A stretch of 64,000 nt of DNA from Eledone cirrhosa (Eukaryota): the NCBI GenBank assembly GCA_964016885.1, contig OZ024755.1, forward strand, positions 34,286,001-34,350,000, given 5' to 3'. The notes beneath the pieces are model-generated. The model was not told the origin of the DNA. It was given only the letters and a program-made list of their open reading frames with translations, and ran no database searches. Of this stretch, positions 1 to 14,394 are shown in pieces (positions within the stretch are counted from its first letter, which is position 1; each line of letters begins with the position of its first letter). The translations under genes were made by a program, and so were the position numbers.

Positions 1-575
1 TAAATACATACATATATATACATACACACATATGTACATACATATATACACATATACATACATATATACATACGTACATATATACATACATATATATATA
101 CATATATACATATGTACATACATATATACATACATATATATATACATATATACATATGTACATACATATATACATACGTACATATATACATATATACATA
201 CGTACATATATACATACATATATATATATACATATATACATACGTACATATATACATACATATATATATATATACATACGTACATATATGCATATACACA
301 TATGTACATACATATATACACATAAATACATACATATATACACACAAATACATACTCACATACATATATACACATAAATACATACTCACATACATACATA
401 CTAACATACATATATATACACATAAATACATACTCACATACAAGCATATGTACATGCAGACACATACATATATGCATATGTACATACATAACTATATCCT
501 TGTTGATATGTATATCTGTATGTGTATGAGTGTGTGAGTGCAACTGTACGGATATGTGTATACATACATACTTTA
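1..575. repeat. Compound (TACA/TATA/CA) microsatellite
   Basis: Degenerate tacatacata/tatataca units seen directly; the Y/I/H/T-rich ORFs are artefacts. Confidence 0.95.
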
Positions 576-1427
576 ATGCATACATGTTAGAGTAAGTTTC
601 AACGTATACATTAAGGAAATAATTATGAACACATATCAGATATAGCTGGATATAGATATAATCAAACGCTAATATACACTTTAATATGTTCATATTTACA
701 TTAAAACAAATGCATGGATGTACTTATTCAACAACACCAGAGAAACATATATATACATATATATATATAGATAAGATATATTTATATTGTTTTGCATTTT
801 TTTAAATAGAAAATAATCTGTATGTCATATATATATATATATAAATATATATATGCAAAAGTTCTATTTAAAATTGTTGGGATACAACAAGTAAATATTT
901 TATAACTGATATAAAGCACTCAACAAGTTTTTGGAGTATAACGACCTTATATTGAAAGAACTAAGGAAAAAGTACAAGGTAGCAAATAAGGACGAACTGG
1001 AAAAATGTATAATGAAATAAATATGGTTTTATAAATATAGTTTCCATTTATTTAATATCGTATAAATATATATATATAAAAACAAATAACGAAACGAAAT
1101 TAAATTTTGTTTCATTTGTAACTCACTTTTGTATGACTGACGCTTAAACAATTAAGTTAAAAATGTACATCCACATATGTATACTGAAATACTAGTATGC
1201 ATATGAATACACACACGTATACATATGTAGATGTACCGAGTTTTTCACTGGTCACTTTACTGTGAGTGTCCAGCTATTCTGTATGTAAACACACAGTATA
1301 CATATGTAGATGTACATTTTTAACTTAATTATATATATATATATATATATTTATTTTTATATATATATTTATATACATGTATATAAATGTATATAAATAT
1401 ATATAAAAATATATTTATATACATATA

Positions 1428-1560
1428 CAAGCCAGAATCGGTTCCTGTATGACCAAGACAAGGTCAGCCGACTGGACACTGCCCACAACAGGACAACCCG
1501 TCTAACCCATGCTAGCATGGAAGAATGGTCGTGAAACGGTGATGATGATGATGATGATAA
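1428..1560 (+). mobile_element. RTE-LINE 3' tail fragment ending in (GAT)n
   Basis: caagccagaatc...aacccatgctagcatggaagaa...(gat)n matches the tail of the LINE copy at 19305-19925. Confidence 0.85.
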
Positions 1561-1785
1561 TAATATATATATATATATTGGATTTTAGTCTTCACATTTA
1601 TTATTATTACTATATATATATATAGATATAGATATATATATATACATATGTATATAAATATATTTTTTATATATATTTATATACATGTATGTATATATAT
1701 ATATAAATGTATATATATATAAATGTATATATATATATATATAAATGTATATATATAAATGTATATATATATATATAAATATATC

Positions 1786-1816
<31 letters not shown>

Positions 1817-1946
1817 TATTATATATATATATATATGTAAATACATCTTATATATATTAAAATATACCTTATATATAAATATATACATATTATATATATA
1901 TAAATATATCATATATATATATTATATATATATAAATATATCTTAT

Positions 1947-1977
<31 letters not shown>

Positions 1978-2285
1978 CTAGTTATATTTATATATTTACA
2001 TATATTTACATATATATATATAATATATTTTTATATATATAAGATATATTTTTATATATATAAGATATATTTATATATATATAAGATATATTTATATATA
2101 TATATATATTTACATGTATATAAATATATATAAAAATATATTTATATACATATATATATAGTAATAATAATAAATGTGAAGACTAAAATCCAATATATAT
2201 ATATATGTATATAAATATATTTTTATATATATATTTATATACATGTATATAAATATATATATAAAAATATATATATATAACATAC
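1560..2285. repeat. (TA)n-rich microsatellite block with fold-back arms
   Basis: TA repeats; ggattttagtcttcacatttattattattac (~1580-1610) recurs reverse-complemented at ~2161-2191. Confidence 0.9.
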
Positions 2286-2958
2286 AGATTATTTTCTATT
2301 TAAAAAAAGGCAAAACGAAAATTTAAAAAAAAAAATGGGGGAAAAAATCAACAAGAATTTAAAAAAAAAACTGTTACATTTCATTATATTCTATCTATTT
2401 TTCTGATAAATTTCAGCTATTTCTTCATAATTAGTTTAAATGCCATCAACTAATTCTGAAGATACTAATCTAGAGGTTAGCTTATAAAGAGCCTTTCTCT
2501 ATGGGACAACTTAGCATAGACAACTAACCACATAGGATGTCTAAATGCTAATAATGAAAGTTTTTCCTATATTGTTTTGATAATGCACTTTCCTCTCTAC
2601 TTATTTATTTATTTGACTTTTATTTTTAATCCATTATATTTTTTGTTTTAGCATTGGAGTTTCTCATTTATATTGTAAATTCTGTAACAGACTCGACTGT
2701 AAAATGTCAGTTTCTTTGTTGATAATTTCCCTTGGAGATAGCTCTGTTCTTTAGGGATTTATATCATATCAGCTTTAATAATCACCTTGAAAGAGTGAGT
2801 TTTTTTTTTTGTTTATGCTTTCATGTTTATAGACACAGAGAGAGAGGGAGAGAGAGAGAGACATAAATATATATATATTTGAGTCTGTGTTCACACGGGC
2901 ATATATGTAATAATACATATCATCATTTATATATATATATATATATACACACACACTT

Positions 2959-2990
<32 letters not shown>

Positions 2991-3270
2991 GTAGGTTCAT
3001 AGATAAACTAGGTGATATACAAATAGATATCTCCAGGAATATGTTTGGTATGACATCATCTGATGAACTTGTTTTTCAAGTCTCCCATTAGTTTATAGTA
3101 TTGAGATTATATCAAGCTGGACATTTTGACCATGAATTGTTTACTCTAACTATAGCTAACTAATTCTATCAGTCACATAACAAAGTAGATCATATTTGAG
3201 TAAACAGCTGGCTAAAATTTGGTAGATACAAAGCAAGCTTTGTTTAGAAATGGCTAGCAAATTTGAAAAT

Positions 3271-3398
3271 TAGGTAGTAACATGTGCTTATGCCGTATTT
3301 GACTAAATAGAATTAGTCTGTTAGAGGGTTCTTTAAAATCTCAACTAACAGACTAATTCTAGTTAGTCTAAAATGGCGTAAGCACATGTTACTACCTA
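3271..3398. repeat. Imperfect inverted repeat (~54-bp arms)
   Basis: taggtagtaacatgtgctta...gtctgttag pairs with ctaacagac...taagcacatgttactaccta. Confidence 0.85.
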
Positions 3399-3589
3399 CT
3401 ATAAGTTAACGCTGGAGGCACTAGATTATCAAAATAAAAATTAATTTAGTTCAAAACAATAACTATCATATCATCATCATCATCATTATAATAGTTTTTA
3501 TGTCGATTTTTCCAGAATTGGACACGACTTTCTGAGGCAATATTTTACAGCCAGATGCCCTTCCTGAAACTAATCTTTTAGTCACAATG

Positions 3590-4295
3590 CAAGAAAAGTT
3601 TCCTAAAGAGCATCACACCCCTTGGAACATCAAGCATAAGTAGTGAAAGAGTCACTCCCTGGGAAGAAAAACTTAACAACTTCCTCTCCGTAACAACAAT
3701 GGAGCTAAAGGCAAGCGAGGCACTGTCCCCTGGAGCAGATACAAACTATGCAGTGTGGAAATGCCTAAACAGACTAAGATCTGGTGTTAGACATGCAAAA
3801 GTCACTCTTGCAAAATGGGGATATTTAAAGGATGGGGCCATTGTGTGTGACTGTGGCATCAAACCACAGACTAGGCAACACCTCAGCATTGGACTTGGCA
3901 GAGTTTAATGAGAAAGCTCAACAATGTGTTCAGCTGTGGTGGAACCACATCTAGCCAAGCTTTGTAACGGACGCTTTTGTGGACATGGCGAGAAGAAGGA
4001 CTGTACATTAGATAATGTAGTCCTAGATACACTATGTCAGATAGCCACTTATACTCTGTCCTTTACGTGCAAAAGTCACTCTTGCAAAATGGGGATATTT
4101 AAAGGATGGGGACATTGTGTGTGACTGTGGGATCGAACCACAAACTACGCAGCACCTTCTGATATGCCCCCTGCTGGAACACCCCTGCACAGCACTGGAC
4201 TTGGCAGAATTTAATGAGAAAGGACAACAATGTGGTGGAACCACATCTGGCCAAGCTTTGTAACTGACACTCTTGTGGACATGACAAGAAGACAG
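3590..4295 (+). mobile_element. Two tandem 3' fragments of an Ingi/Vingi-type LINE
   Basis: Translation WKCLNRLRSGVRHAKVTLAKWGY...CDCG..QT..HL..C is the Vingi/Ingi C-terminal motif; both copies (~3590-4000, ~4070-4292) end ggacatg..agaaga. Confidence 0.7.
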
Positions 4296-5029
4296 AGTTA
4301 CTTTTTACAACCCACAGGGGATAGGTGTACCTATTCTAACCTGGAAACACATGGTTAAATGCATTGGATAATATTGTCCTAAAAATACTATGTCAGAAAG
4401 TCAAACAGAATATTCATAGTTGAAATGCATTTGGTCATGTGCCTGCAGTATTAATCTGGAACTAAAGAGTAAAAACAATACAAAGCCTTTACAATTCTTT
4501 TCTCATTTGATATAGATGCAAATATTTCTATGATTTTCTTTTGTTTATTTTTGTGATTGTGTGTTTGTTTTTCCTTTAAGACATTTCCAATCAGAGAATT
4601 GCAGATAGTCAAGTAAAATATATAGCACACAACTACTGCAACTATCAGAGTATTGTAATCTGTCACAAATGCCAAGATATGTTTATAGTAAAGCCACTTA
4701 TTATAGATTTAGAAGAGTTCAGAGAAGCATTCAGTAAGTTGATTTGTCATATGAATTGAAGAATCTACCATTTCAGGGCTTCAGAAGACTGAGACGTTTC
4801 ATTGACTTGGTCTCAATTTAACAGATTCATTTCAACAAATTCTTCTATGGATCAATAACCACCATCATAGATCAGCACTAGTTTCCTCAAATTCTCGATT
4901 TTACTTTGATATCATAGGTATAGTTTTGACAGAGAGAGAGAGAGTACTTTGTAAAGTATTTGGTGGTAAGAAAAGTATTGCGCTATAGAAAATAACCTCC
5001 CTAGTAGTGGTGTCAAAATAAAATGCACT

Positions 5030-5185
5030 CAACAGAGTGTGGCAACATATGTTAGCATGATACAGGGCCCCATCATATCTGAGCTCTCAGTAGAGTGTGG
5101 GAACCCATGTAAGCCTGATACAGGACCTCCATAGTGCCTGAGCCCTGAATAGAGTGTGGGAACTTATGTAAGTATGATACAGAAC
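5030..5185. repeat. Degenerate ~59-bp tandem repeat, about 2.5 copies
   Basis: agagtgtgg(g)aac..atgtaagc.tgatacagg recurs three times. Confidence 0.75.
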
Positions 5186-5189
5186 TGTT

Positions 5190-6632
5190 ACTTACAGAGT
5201 GCACTGGGTGTATTCTTTCATGGTACCATCACTACCACTTACAGTGTGTACTGGGAATATTTTATCATGGCACCAATACTACCACTTTACAGAGTGTACT
5301 AGGTGTATTTCTTAATGACACTATCACTACCATTTACAGAGTGTACTGGGAATATCTTATTATGGCACCAACACTACCACTTTACAGAGTGTACTAGGTG
5401 TAATTTTTTATGGCACCAACATTAACAGTTTACAAAGTGTATTGTGTGTATCTTATTATAGCACCAACACTACCACTTTACAGAGTGTACTGGGTGTATT
5501 TTATTATGGCACCAACACTACCAGTTTACAGAGTGTACTGGGAGTAATTTTTTTATGACACCAGTGCTACCAGTTTACAAAGTGTATTGGGGGTATTTCA
5601 TTATGGTACCAACACTACCACTTTACAGAGTGTACTGGATGTATTTTATTATGGCAGCAACACTACATCTTTACAGTGTGTACTGGGTGTATTTTATTAT
5701 GATACCAACACTACCACTTTACAGAGTGTACTGGGAATATTTTATTATGGCAGCAACACTACCACTTTACAGAGTGTACTGGGTGTATTTTATTATGGTA
5801 CCAACACTACCACTTTACAGAGTGTACTGGGAATATTTTATTATGGCAGCAACACTACATCTTTACAGTGTGTACTGGGTGTATTTTATTATGGCAGCAA
5901 CACTACCACTTTACAGTGTGTACTGGGTGTATTTTATTATGGCAGCAACACTACCACTTTACAGAGTGTACTGGGTGTATTTTATTATGGCAGCAACACT
6001 ACCACTTTACAGAGTGTACTGGGTGTATTTTATTATGGCAGCAACACTACCACTTTACAGTGTGTACTGGGTGTATTTTATTATGGCAGCAACACTACCA
6101 CTTTACAGAGTGTACTGGGTGTATTTTATTATGGCAGCAACACTACCACTTTACGGAGTGTACTGGGTGTATTTTATTATGGCAGCAACACTACCACTTT
6201 ACAGTGTGTACTGGGTGTATTTTATTATGGCAGCAACACTACCACTTTACAGTGTGTACTGGGTGTATTTTATTATGGCAGCAACACTACCACTTTACAG
6301 AGTGTACTGGGTGTATTTTATTATGGCAGCAAAACTACTACTTTACAGAGTGTACTGGATGTATTTTATTATGGCAGCAAAACTACCACTTTACAGAGTG
6401 TACTGGATGTATTTTATTATGGCAGCAACACTACCACTTTACAGTGTGTACTGGGTGTATTTTATTATGGCAGCAACACTACATCTTTACAGTGTGTACT
6501 GGATGTATTTTATTATGGCAGCAACACTACCACTTTACAGTGTGTACTGGGTGTATTTTATTATAGCAGCAACACTACCACTTTACAGTGTGTACTGGGT
6601 GTATTTTTCATGACACCAGCGCTACCAGTTTC
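5190..6632 (-). repeat. 48-bp minisatellite (~30 units), related to the RTE 3' UTR internal repeat
   Basis: Unit TACAGAGTGTACTGGGTGTATTTTATTATGGCAGCAACACTACCACTT; 48 = 16 codons, which explains the three long ORFs. Confidence 0.95.
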
Positions 6633-7013
6633 ATTCTAATAATTGGTTATTAGTAATGAAACTCTTTATATTTTTATCAAATCTCTCACCCCTCTTGAAA
6701 ATTGAAATTGCTCATGCATAAATACACTAAGATTCTAGATTGAAAGCATGATGTATATGCTTGGCCAAAGTTCCTGCGAGTGACCCTAGTTGTACAGTTT
6801 TGATGATATTATAGATATACATTTAAATTTCCTTCTGCTGATAGGCTATTTTATATAGTTTAGCTTCTGGTAATAATTTCAGAGCTGTCATTGATGACAG
6901 CTTCTGTTTTATATGGTATGTATTTATTATAACTGTCTACATTTCTATTGGATACCAGTGTGAAAGTTTGCAGTATTGTACAAATCATCATCATCACCAT
7001 TGTCATCATCATC

Positions 7014-7050
<37 letters not shown>

Positions 7051-7269
7051 ATATTGAATACAATAAATTACAGTAGTGTACAGTATTACAAAGAGGAGAG
7101 TTCTATATTGTATGTTTTTCAAATTTAGTTTCATCTAATGTCTAGAAGTGAAAAGAATAGTTTATCTGGCTATAAACATCGTCATCATCATCATCATTAC
7201 CAGTGGCACCATTATCATTTTTATCTTTGTGTTAATAATCATCAGTTTTTAAGAGAGATAATGAAAGAG

Positions 7270-7338
7270 AAAGGAGGGGGGGACACAGGCAGACAAACTG
7301 AGACACCCTGAGACGGACAGACAGACAGAGAGAGATAG

Positions 7339-7373
<35 letters not shown>

Positions 7374-7456
7374 GACAGACAGACAGACAGACATGCGGAC
7401 ATACATACAGACAGAGAGAGACCGAGACGGACGGACAGACGGACATACAGACAGAC

Positions 7457-7493
<37 letters not shown>

Positions 7494-7580
7494 CGGGCAG
7501 CATACAGACAGACAGAGAGACAGACAGACACAGAGACAGAGAGAGACAGAGAGACAGACTGGGACAGACAGACAGACAGA
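7270..7580. repeat. (GA)n/(GACA)n microsatellite
   Basis: Seen directly. Confidence 0.95.
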
Positions 7581-7611
7581 AAATATAATAGTAAATATAG
7601 AATAACTGCAC

Positions 7612-8298
7612 AAGGCACAAGGCCAGCAATTATCCCAGTGCATTACTGGTACTTTATTTTATAGACCCCGTAAGGATGAAAGGCAAAGTTAACCTCGGCA
7701 GGATTTGAACTCAGACCGTAAAGGGCAATAACTCTATGCTGCAAAGCACGGCATCCGATCCTCTACCAATACTGCCAATCCACTGCCAATATTTACGGGG
7801 TCGATAAAATAAAGTACCAGTAATGCACTGGGTAATTGCTGGCCTTGTGCCTAAAGTAGAAACAATATTATATAATTGTTTCTTATATAGACACAAGGCC
7901 AGCAATTTGGGAGGAGGGGAAAGTCAATTAAATCGACCCCAGTGTGTGACTGGTACTTTATTTTACCGACCCTGTAAGGATTAAAGGCAAAGTTAACTTC
8001 GGCGGGATGTGAACTCAGATCATAAAGGGCCATAACTCTATGCTGCAAAGCATAGTGTCTGACGTTCTACCGATACTGCCAATCCACTGCCCTGTCAATA
8101 TTACATAATTGTTTCTACTTTAGGCACAAGGCCAGCAATTACCCAGTACATTACTGGTACTTTATTTTATCGACCCCCGTAAGGATGAAAGGCAAAAGTA
8201 ACCTCGGCGGGATTTGAACTCAGACTGTAAAGGGAAATAACTCTATGCTAGAAAGCATGGCATCCAACCCTCTACCGATACTGCCAATTCACCGCCCT
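7612..8298 (-). mobile_element. Cluster of tRNA-derived SINE family A copies (three on minus, one partial on plus)
   Basis: Minus-strand consensus GGGCGGTGGATTGGCAGTATCGGTAGAG (A box)...GAGTTCAAATCCCGCC (B box)...GCCTTTCATCCTTACGGGGTCGATAAAATAAAGTACCAG...GGCCTTGTGCCTAAAGTAGAAACAATT. Confidence 0.9.
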
Positions 8299-9354
8299 CA
8301 ATATTACATAATGAAAATGGGAAAGGGGCATTGGAGGGGAAATCTCTACACCCCTCACTAGGTAGTACATCTCTGCTGCCCCTCTTGGATAGGATGACTA
8401 AAGTAGTACCAGTAACAGACATTCTGACATGGTTAGTTTGACACAAGAAATGTGTGTGTCGGTGAGGGGGTAAAATTGTCACAGTTGGAACTTTTCTTTA
8501 ATTTCTTCTGTCTTTCCTCTAAACTAACAAATTATTTTTCAATTAATAAATTCTCTCATTTTCTTAAACCAACAGATCATTTTTGTAAAACTAACTTTTT
8601 TTTTCCTTAAACTAATAACTCAGTCTTTCGATTCACAGATCAATTTGTAAACTAACAGATCATTTTTAAAATAAACATATTTTAAATACCAACAGATACA
8701 TTTTTATACCAATAGATTATTTTCATATTAAAATATGATTTACTTAACTAACATCATTTGTTAGGAACCACTGATCACTTTTTAAACTGACATAATACTT
8801 AAGCAAACAGATAATGTTTTACACTAAAAGATATGTTTAATTTAACACATTTTGTTAAAATAATCTTTTTTAAAATTAACAAATGATTTTTTTTAACTAG
8901 CCCAACAGCTTTCAACCACTTCATCATTCAAGGTAACATAACTACTTTTAAATGAACAGATCATTTTGGCAGCAGCATTAAAGTAAAACAATAGAAAATT
9001 ACATTTTTCCTCCCATCCTTCAGAAAGAAAAAAAAATGTTATATTGCAATGATGTATAGTGATTGAAATGTATATAAGATAACATTGCTGAAAAAAATGT
9101 TTAGTGAGAAATTTAGTGAAAGGACTAATTATATATAACCAAAGCTTAGTTAAATTAGAAAGACGAGAAAATTGTTCACGATATATTTGGAGTGTTTTCT
9201 TGTTTTTTTTTTTGTGCTTTTGTGGTTTTTAAAAAAAAAAACCCTGACATTTAAATTAGCTAATTCTCTCTGAAGCTGTCATGTAACTCATTAGTTATTA
9301 TTAACAGTCTTATTTAGTGATCACAATTGACAGAGAATGAATCTATTGCTACAT

Positions 9355-10142
9355 ACCATCATCATCATCCACTTTTCTGACACCACTATCATCATTATCG
9401 CCATACTTATCATTGTTATACCCATCATCATCATCACAGTCATCATCATCATCAGTCATCATCATCATCCTCATCATCATTGTCGTCTTTGTTCTCCTCT
9501 GCCTTCACCCCTTCATCATCATCATCATTTATTATTATCATAAATCATCATCATCATCGTAATTTATTATTATCATAAATCATCATCATCATCATCATCA
9601 TCGTCAGCATCAAAATTTTCATTATTTTCATTACCTACACAAATCATCACCATCATCAACAGTGGCAATATCATTTCCATCTTCTACATGAGCTTAATGA
9701 TCATCATCATAACCGCCACCACCACTACCATCATCATAACCACCACCACCACCATCATCATAACCACCACCGCCACCACTACCATCATCATCATAACCGC
9801 CACCACCACTATCACCACCACCATCACCACTATCACCATCACCACCATCACCACTATCACCACCACTACACCACCACCACCATCACTACTACCACCACCA
9901 CAATCATCAACATCACCACCACCACCACCACCACCACCACTATCACCACCATAATCACTACTACCACCCCCACCATCACTACTACCACCACCACAATCAT
10001 CAACATCACCACCACCACCATAATCACTACTACCACCCCCACCATCATCACCACCACCACCACTATCAACCCCCACCATCACCACCACTATCAACCCCCA
10101 CCACCACCACCACCACCACTATCAGCCCCCACCATCATCATG
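9355..10142. repeat. (CAT)n/(CAC)n trinucleotide low-complexity tract
   Basis: Seen directly. Confidence 0.95.
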
Positions 10143-10199
10143 TAGATCTAGATGTTTCTCTCTTATACATAACACTACTGTCAGCTCTCTACTGTGTGT

Positions 10200-10332
10200 G
10201 AACCTCGGCGGGATTCTGAGTTCAAATCCCGCCGAGGTTAACTTTGCCTTTCATCCTTACGGGGTCGATAAAATAAAGTACCAGTAATGTACTGGGTAAT
10301 TGCTGGCCTTGTGCCTAAAGTAGAAACAATTA
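10200..10332 (+). mobile_element. SINE A 3' half with a 5' fold-back
   Basis: aacctcggcgggat...atcccgccgaggtt hairpin, then the family body. Confidence 0.85.
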
Positions 10333-10424
10333 TTGTATCCAGGTCTACATTTGAAGAACTAAAGTAGTAAGATGTTAGAAACATTGATATATTATGGAAC
10401 GGAGGTTCACTGCATATGTTAACT

Positions 10425-11787
10425 GAAGGTGTATGGCCTAGTGGTTGGAGGAGCATTGGGCTTGCAATCAGAAGGTTGTGGGTTTGATTCTCGGACTGGG
10501 TGATGCGATGTGTCCTTGAGCAAGACACTTTATTTTCATGTTGCTCCAGTTTACTCAGCTGTAGAAATGAGTTGCTACATCACTGGTGCCAAGCTGTATC
10601 AGCCATTGCCTTTCCCTTGGACAACATCATATATAGTGTATATATATTGTATATATAATGTATATATCTATATATAGTCATGTCACTGTGCCAAGCTGTA
10701 TCAGCCATTGCCTTTCCCTTGGACAACATCATATATAGTGTATATATATTGTATATATAATGTACATATCTATATATATGTTGTCATGTCACTGTGCCAA
10801 GCTGTATCAGCCATTGCCTTTCCCTTGGACAACATCATATATATTGTATATATAATGTATATATCTATATATATATATATATTGTCATGTCACTGGTGCC
10901 AAGCTGTATCAGCCATTGCCTTTCCCTTGGACAACATCATATATAGTGTATATATATTGTATATATAATGTATATATCTATATATAGTCATGTCACTGTG
11001 CCAAGCTGTATCAGCCATTGCCTTTCCCTTGGACAACATCATATATAGTGTATATATATTGTATATATAATGTACATATCTATATATATGTTGTCATGTC
11101 ACTGTACCAAGCTGTATCAGCCATTGCCTTTCCCTTGGACAACATCATATATATTGTATATATAATGTATATATCTATATATATATATATGTTGTCATGT
11201 CACTGGTGCCAAGCTGTATCAGCCATTGCCTTTCCCTTGGACAACATCATATATAGTGTATATATATTGTATATATAATGTATGTATATATATATATATA
11301 TATGCTGTCACGTTGGTCACGTCACTGGTGCCAAGTTGTATCAGCCATTGCCTTTCTCAACATCATATATAGTGTATATATATTGTATATATAATTGTTT
11401 CTACTTTAGGCACAAGGCCAGCAATTACCCAGTTCATTACTGGTACTTTATTTTATCGACCCCGTAAGGATGAAAGGCAAAGTTAACCTCGGCGGGATTT
11501 GAACTCAGATTGTAAAGGGACGTAACTATGCTGGAATATGTACATATATTGTATATATAATGTACATATCTATATATATATATATTGTCACGTCACTGGT
11601 GCCAAGCTGTATCAGCCATTGCCTTACTCTTGGACAACTTTATGGCATGGAGAGGGGGAGGAGCTGGTGTGCATGGGTGACTGCAGGTCTTCCACAAAAC
11701 AAACCTTGCCCAGACTTGAGCCTTGGAGGAAACTTTCTAGGTGCAAATCCCATGGTCATTTATGACCGAACGGTGTCTTCACTCTCA
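10425..11787 (+). mobile_element. tRNA-derived CORE-type SINE B interrupted by an internal tandem expansion and a SINE A copy
   Basis: TGGCCTAGTGG (A box), GGTTTGATTC (B box), GTGTCCTTGAGCAAGACACTT core; the body resumes at ~11590-11787. Confidence 0.75.
10578..11640. repeat. Tandem array of a SINE-internal segment plus TA spacer (~100-110 bp, 310-bp higher-order period)
   Basis: gtgccaagctgtatcagccattgcctttcccttggacaac repeats about 9 times; the block from ~10683 recurs from ~10993. Confidence 0.9.
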
Positions 11788-12924
11788 TATGTTAATGGCT
11801 GCATTATTTTTGAAAGGTGGATTCTGTGCCAGAAGCAGATTTGGATTTAGAACTTGAGGGGCCCAGGGCACTTCAGGTTTGAGGGGCTGCTAAAAGAATT
11901 AGAATACTCAGCAAACCACCCAATTTTACATATCAAAGTTAGCTTGGCGTAAATAACTGGAATTGAAAAGTTGTACATACAGGCATTAAATTAAAAAATT
12001 CCAACCCTCTTCAAACTAAAAAGCCCAGCTAAGGGCTGTCTCTGATGGAGCCTCCCACTGCAGGGGACCTGGAGTAATTAAATCTAGCCCTGCGCACAAG
12101 CAAGGACCTTTCAGTTACGTAACTCTGTCAGTGTTAGGATTTCTATTTGTCTATTGCTACACCCATCTACATTACTGAAGAAGTAGATGCTGTATTTCTC
12201 ATAACCTCCCAAACTATGAGAAAGAGTTTTGCTATAAGAAGAAAGTGTTAGCTTTTCACACAACCCCTCTGCATTACTGAAGATGTAGATGCTGTAATTT
12301 TCATAACCTTCTTCCTAACTATGAGAAAGGAATAAGCATTACGAAATCTCATTCTTATTTCCTACAAATATATGTCTATGAAGTATTAATAATTAATTCC
12401 TTGGCTTTGTTAGGTCATTGAAGATCTTATTGTCATGTAGCTATTTATAAGTATTACAGTAGAGAAGATTACTATTATGTGAACAAACCAACAAGGAAGC
12501 TTCATGCCTGCTTCACATGCAAGACATTGCATTGACATTTCCCTCAAATCCCATTAGAGAGGTCAGATTGTGCTCTGTTGTTTTATACTCTGCTTTCAGA
12601 TGCAAGTTAACTTGGCACATCCAACAAGCAAATTGGCAAAGTCATTAGGACATCAGATTAAAATTGCTTCAGTATTTGTTCTAGCTTACTGTGTTCTCTA
12701 AGTTCAAACCCCATCAAGGTAAACCTAACTTTTCATCATTTCAAGATCAATAAATATAAAACCAGTCCAATACAGGGTTGATTATCTCTCTCTGGAAGAA
12801 GTCAGCTGACCTAGAGAAGGACGGGCTCAGGTTTAAGAATGTCTAAGACATGATGTATACCAAATGGTAACCTTAAAAGTTCATTAAGAATTAAGGGACC
12901 TTTACCTACTAAAATACATATAAG

Positions 12925-13640
12925 GTTTTCTATTCTAGGCACAATGCCAGCACCATGGAGAGAAGGGAAAGTTGATTAAATTGACCCCAGTGTATTACTG
13001 GTGCTTTATTTTATCGATCCCATAAGGATGAAAGGCAATTTGAACATAAAGGGCTGTAACTTTATGCTGCAAAACATTGTCTGACACTCTACCAATCCTG
13101 CCAATAATAATACATAAAAAGATAAAACAAATTATTTTAATTAAGCACATATAAATAATTGTTTCTACTTTTGGCACAAGGCCAGCAATTACCCAGTGCA
13201 TTACTGGTACTTTATTTTATCAACCCCGTAAGGATGAAAGGCAAAGTTAACCTCGGGATTTGAACTCAGATTGGAAAAGGCTGTAACTCTATGCATCAAA
13301 ACATGACGTCTGACCCTCTACCGATACTGCCAATCCACCGCCCTCATATAAAGCACATATAAATAATTGTTTCTACTTTAGGTACAAGGCCAGCAAATAC
13401 CCAGTACATTACTGGTACTTTATTTTATCGACCCCGTAAGGATGAAAGGCAAAGTCAACCTCGGCGGGATAATGGCGGTGAATTGGCAGAGTCATTAAGA
13501 CCTCAGAAAGAATGCTTTCCAGTATTCATCCAACCTCATTGTGTGCTCTGAGTTCAAATCCCACCATGGTCAACTTTGTCTTTCATCCTTTCGAGATCGA
13601 TAAAAAAAAAAGTACCAGTCTAGTACTGGGGTTGATCCTT
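12925..13640. mobile_element. Cluster of SINE A copies (three on minus, one older copy on plus)
   Basis: Same consensus as 7612-8298. Confidence 0.85.
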
Positions 13641-13964
13641 CCTCAATAGAAAAAAATCGGCTGTGTTCAGACCTGGAGAGGGTTGGGCTCTACCAGGTTT
13701 AAAAGTGCCCTAGACACACCATATGACGGTGCCTCTACGACTCCACAAAGAGTTATGGGACCTATATCTTTTTAAAATAAATAATGTATAAATCTTCAAG
13801 TTATATTGATATCAACCTATGATTGTCTGGAGCCTGGTTGTAAATCAGGAAGCAGGTGTATCACTAAAACTAATTCAACTAACCTAAATGAAATTGATCT
13901 ATTCCACCGAGTATGGCAGTAATTCTAGACACTTGATATTCTATCACTTTATGTATACTATGAA

Positions 13965-14190
13965 ATATCATCATCTTCATCAGCAACAGCATTTAACGTC
14001 CATTTTCCATGCTAACATGGGTTAGACAGGTTGTCCCATTGGACGCAATTTGGGTCAGGTGACCATGTCTTACTCATATATGACTGTTTCTAGCTAGGTT
14101 TCTACAGCTGGATGCCCTTCCTAACGCCAACCACATTTACAGTGAGTACTGGGTGCTTTTTGTCATGACACCTACGCGACCACTTCACTG
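13965..14190 (-). mobile_element. RTE-LINE 3' tail
   Basis: aacgtccattttccatgctaacatgggttagac...ctacagctggatgcccttcctaac. Confidence 0.8.
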
Positions 14191-14394
14191 TGTTGGTTGG
14201 ATATATTTTGTTTACAGGAATATATGTATCTTTATTGAATTCTTTCTGCAAATGTTCAAACTATATAAGAACTACTTCAATCCAACCAATATGGAAGGGC
14301 CTTCAATAAAGGAATATTGCTCCATTCATGAAATCATCGACTGATTTAATAAAAAAAAAAAAGAGGGGAAATATTTATAACTTCTACGAATGAA

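Noticed and set aside
3060-3090. CTGATGA followed by hairpin ACTTG/CAAGT
   Set aside because: No GAAA or stem III follows, so it is not a hammerhead.
4775-4850. GAAACGTC on the minus strand (Penelope-like hammerhead 3' half)
   Set aside because: No recognisable CUGANGA core or stem I partner.
5555-6639. Three long ORFs (232-352 aa)
   Set aside because: They arise from a stop-free 48-bp tandem unit; several frames are open at once and no domain is recognisable.
6883-6915. Possible 33-nt exon (tttcag...gtatgt)
   Set aside because: Splice-like signals alone are insufficient and no partner exons were found; needs RNA-seq.
11836-12092. Possible hAT-like MITE ending taaatctagccctg
   Set aside because: The left TIR is too degenerate and no TSD could be verified.
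14218-14344. Possible terminal exon after tttacag, followed by AATAAA
   Set aside because: No homology recognisable and it is wedged between LINE fragments.
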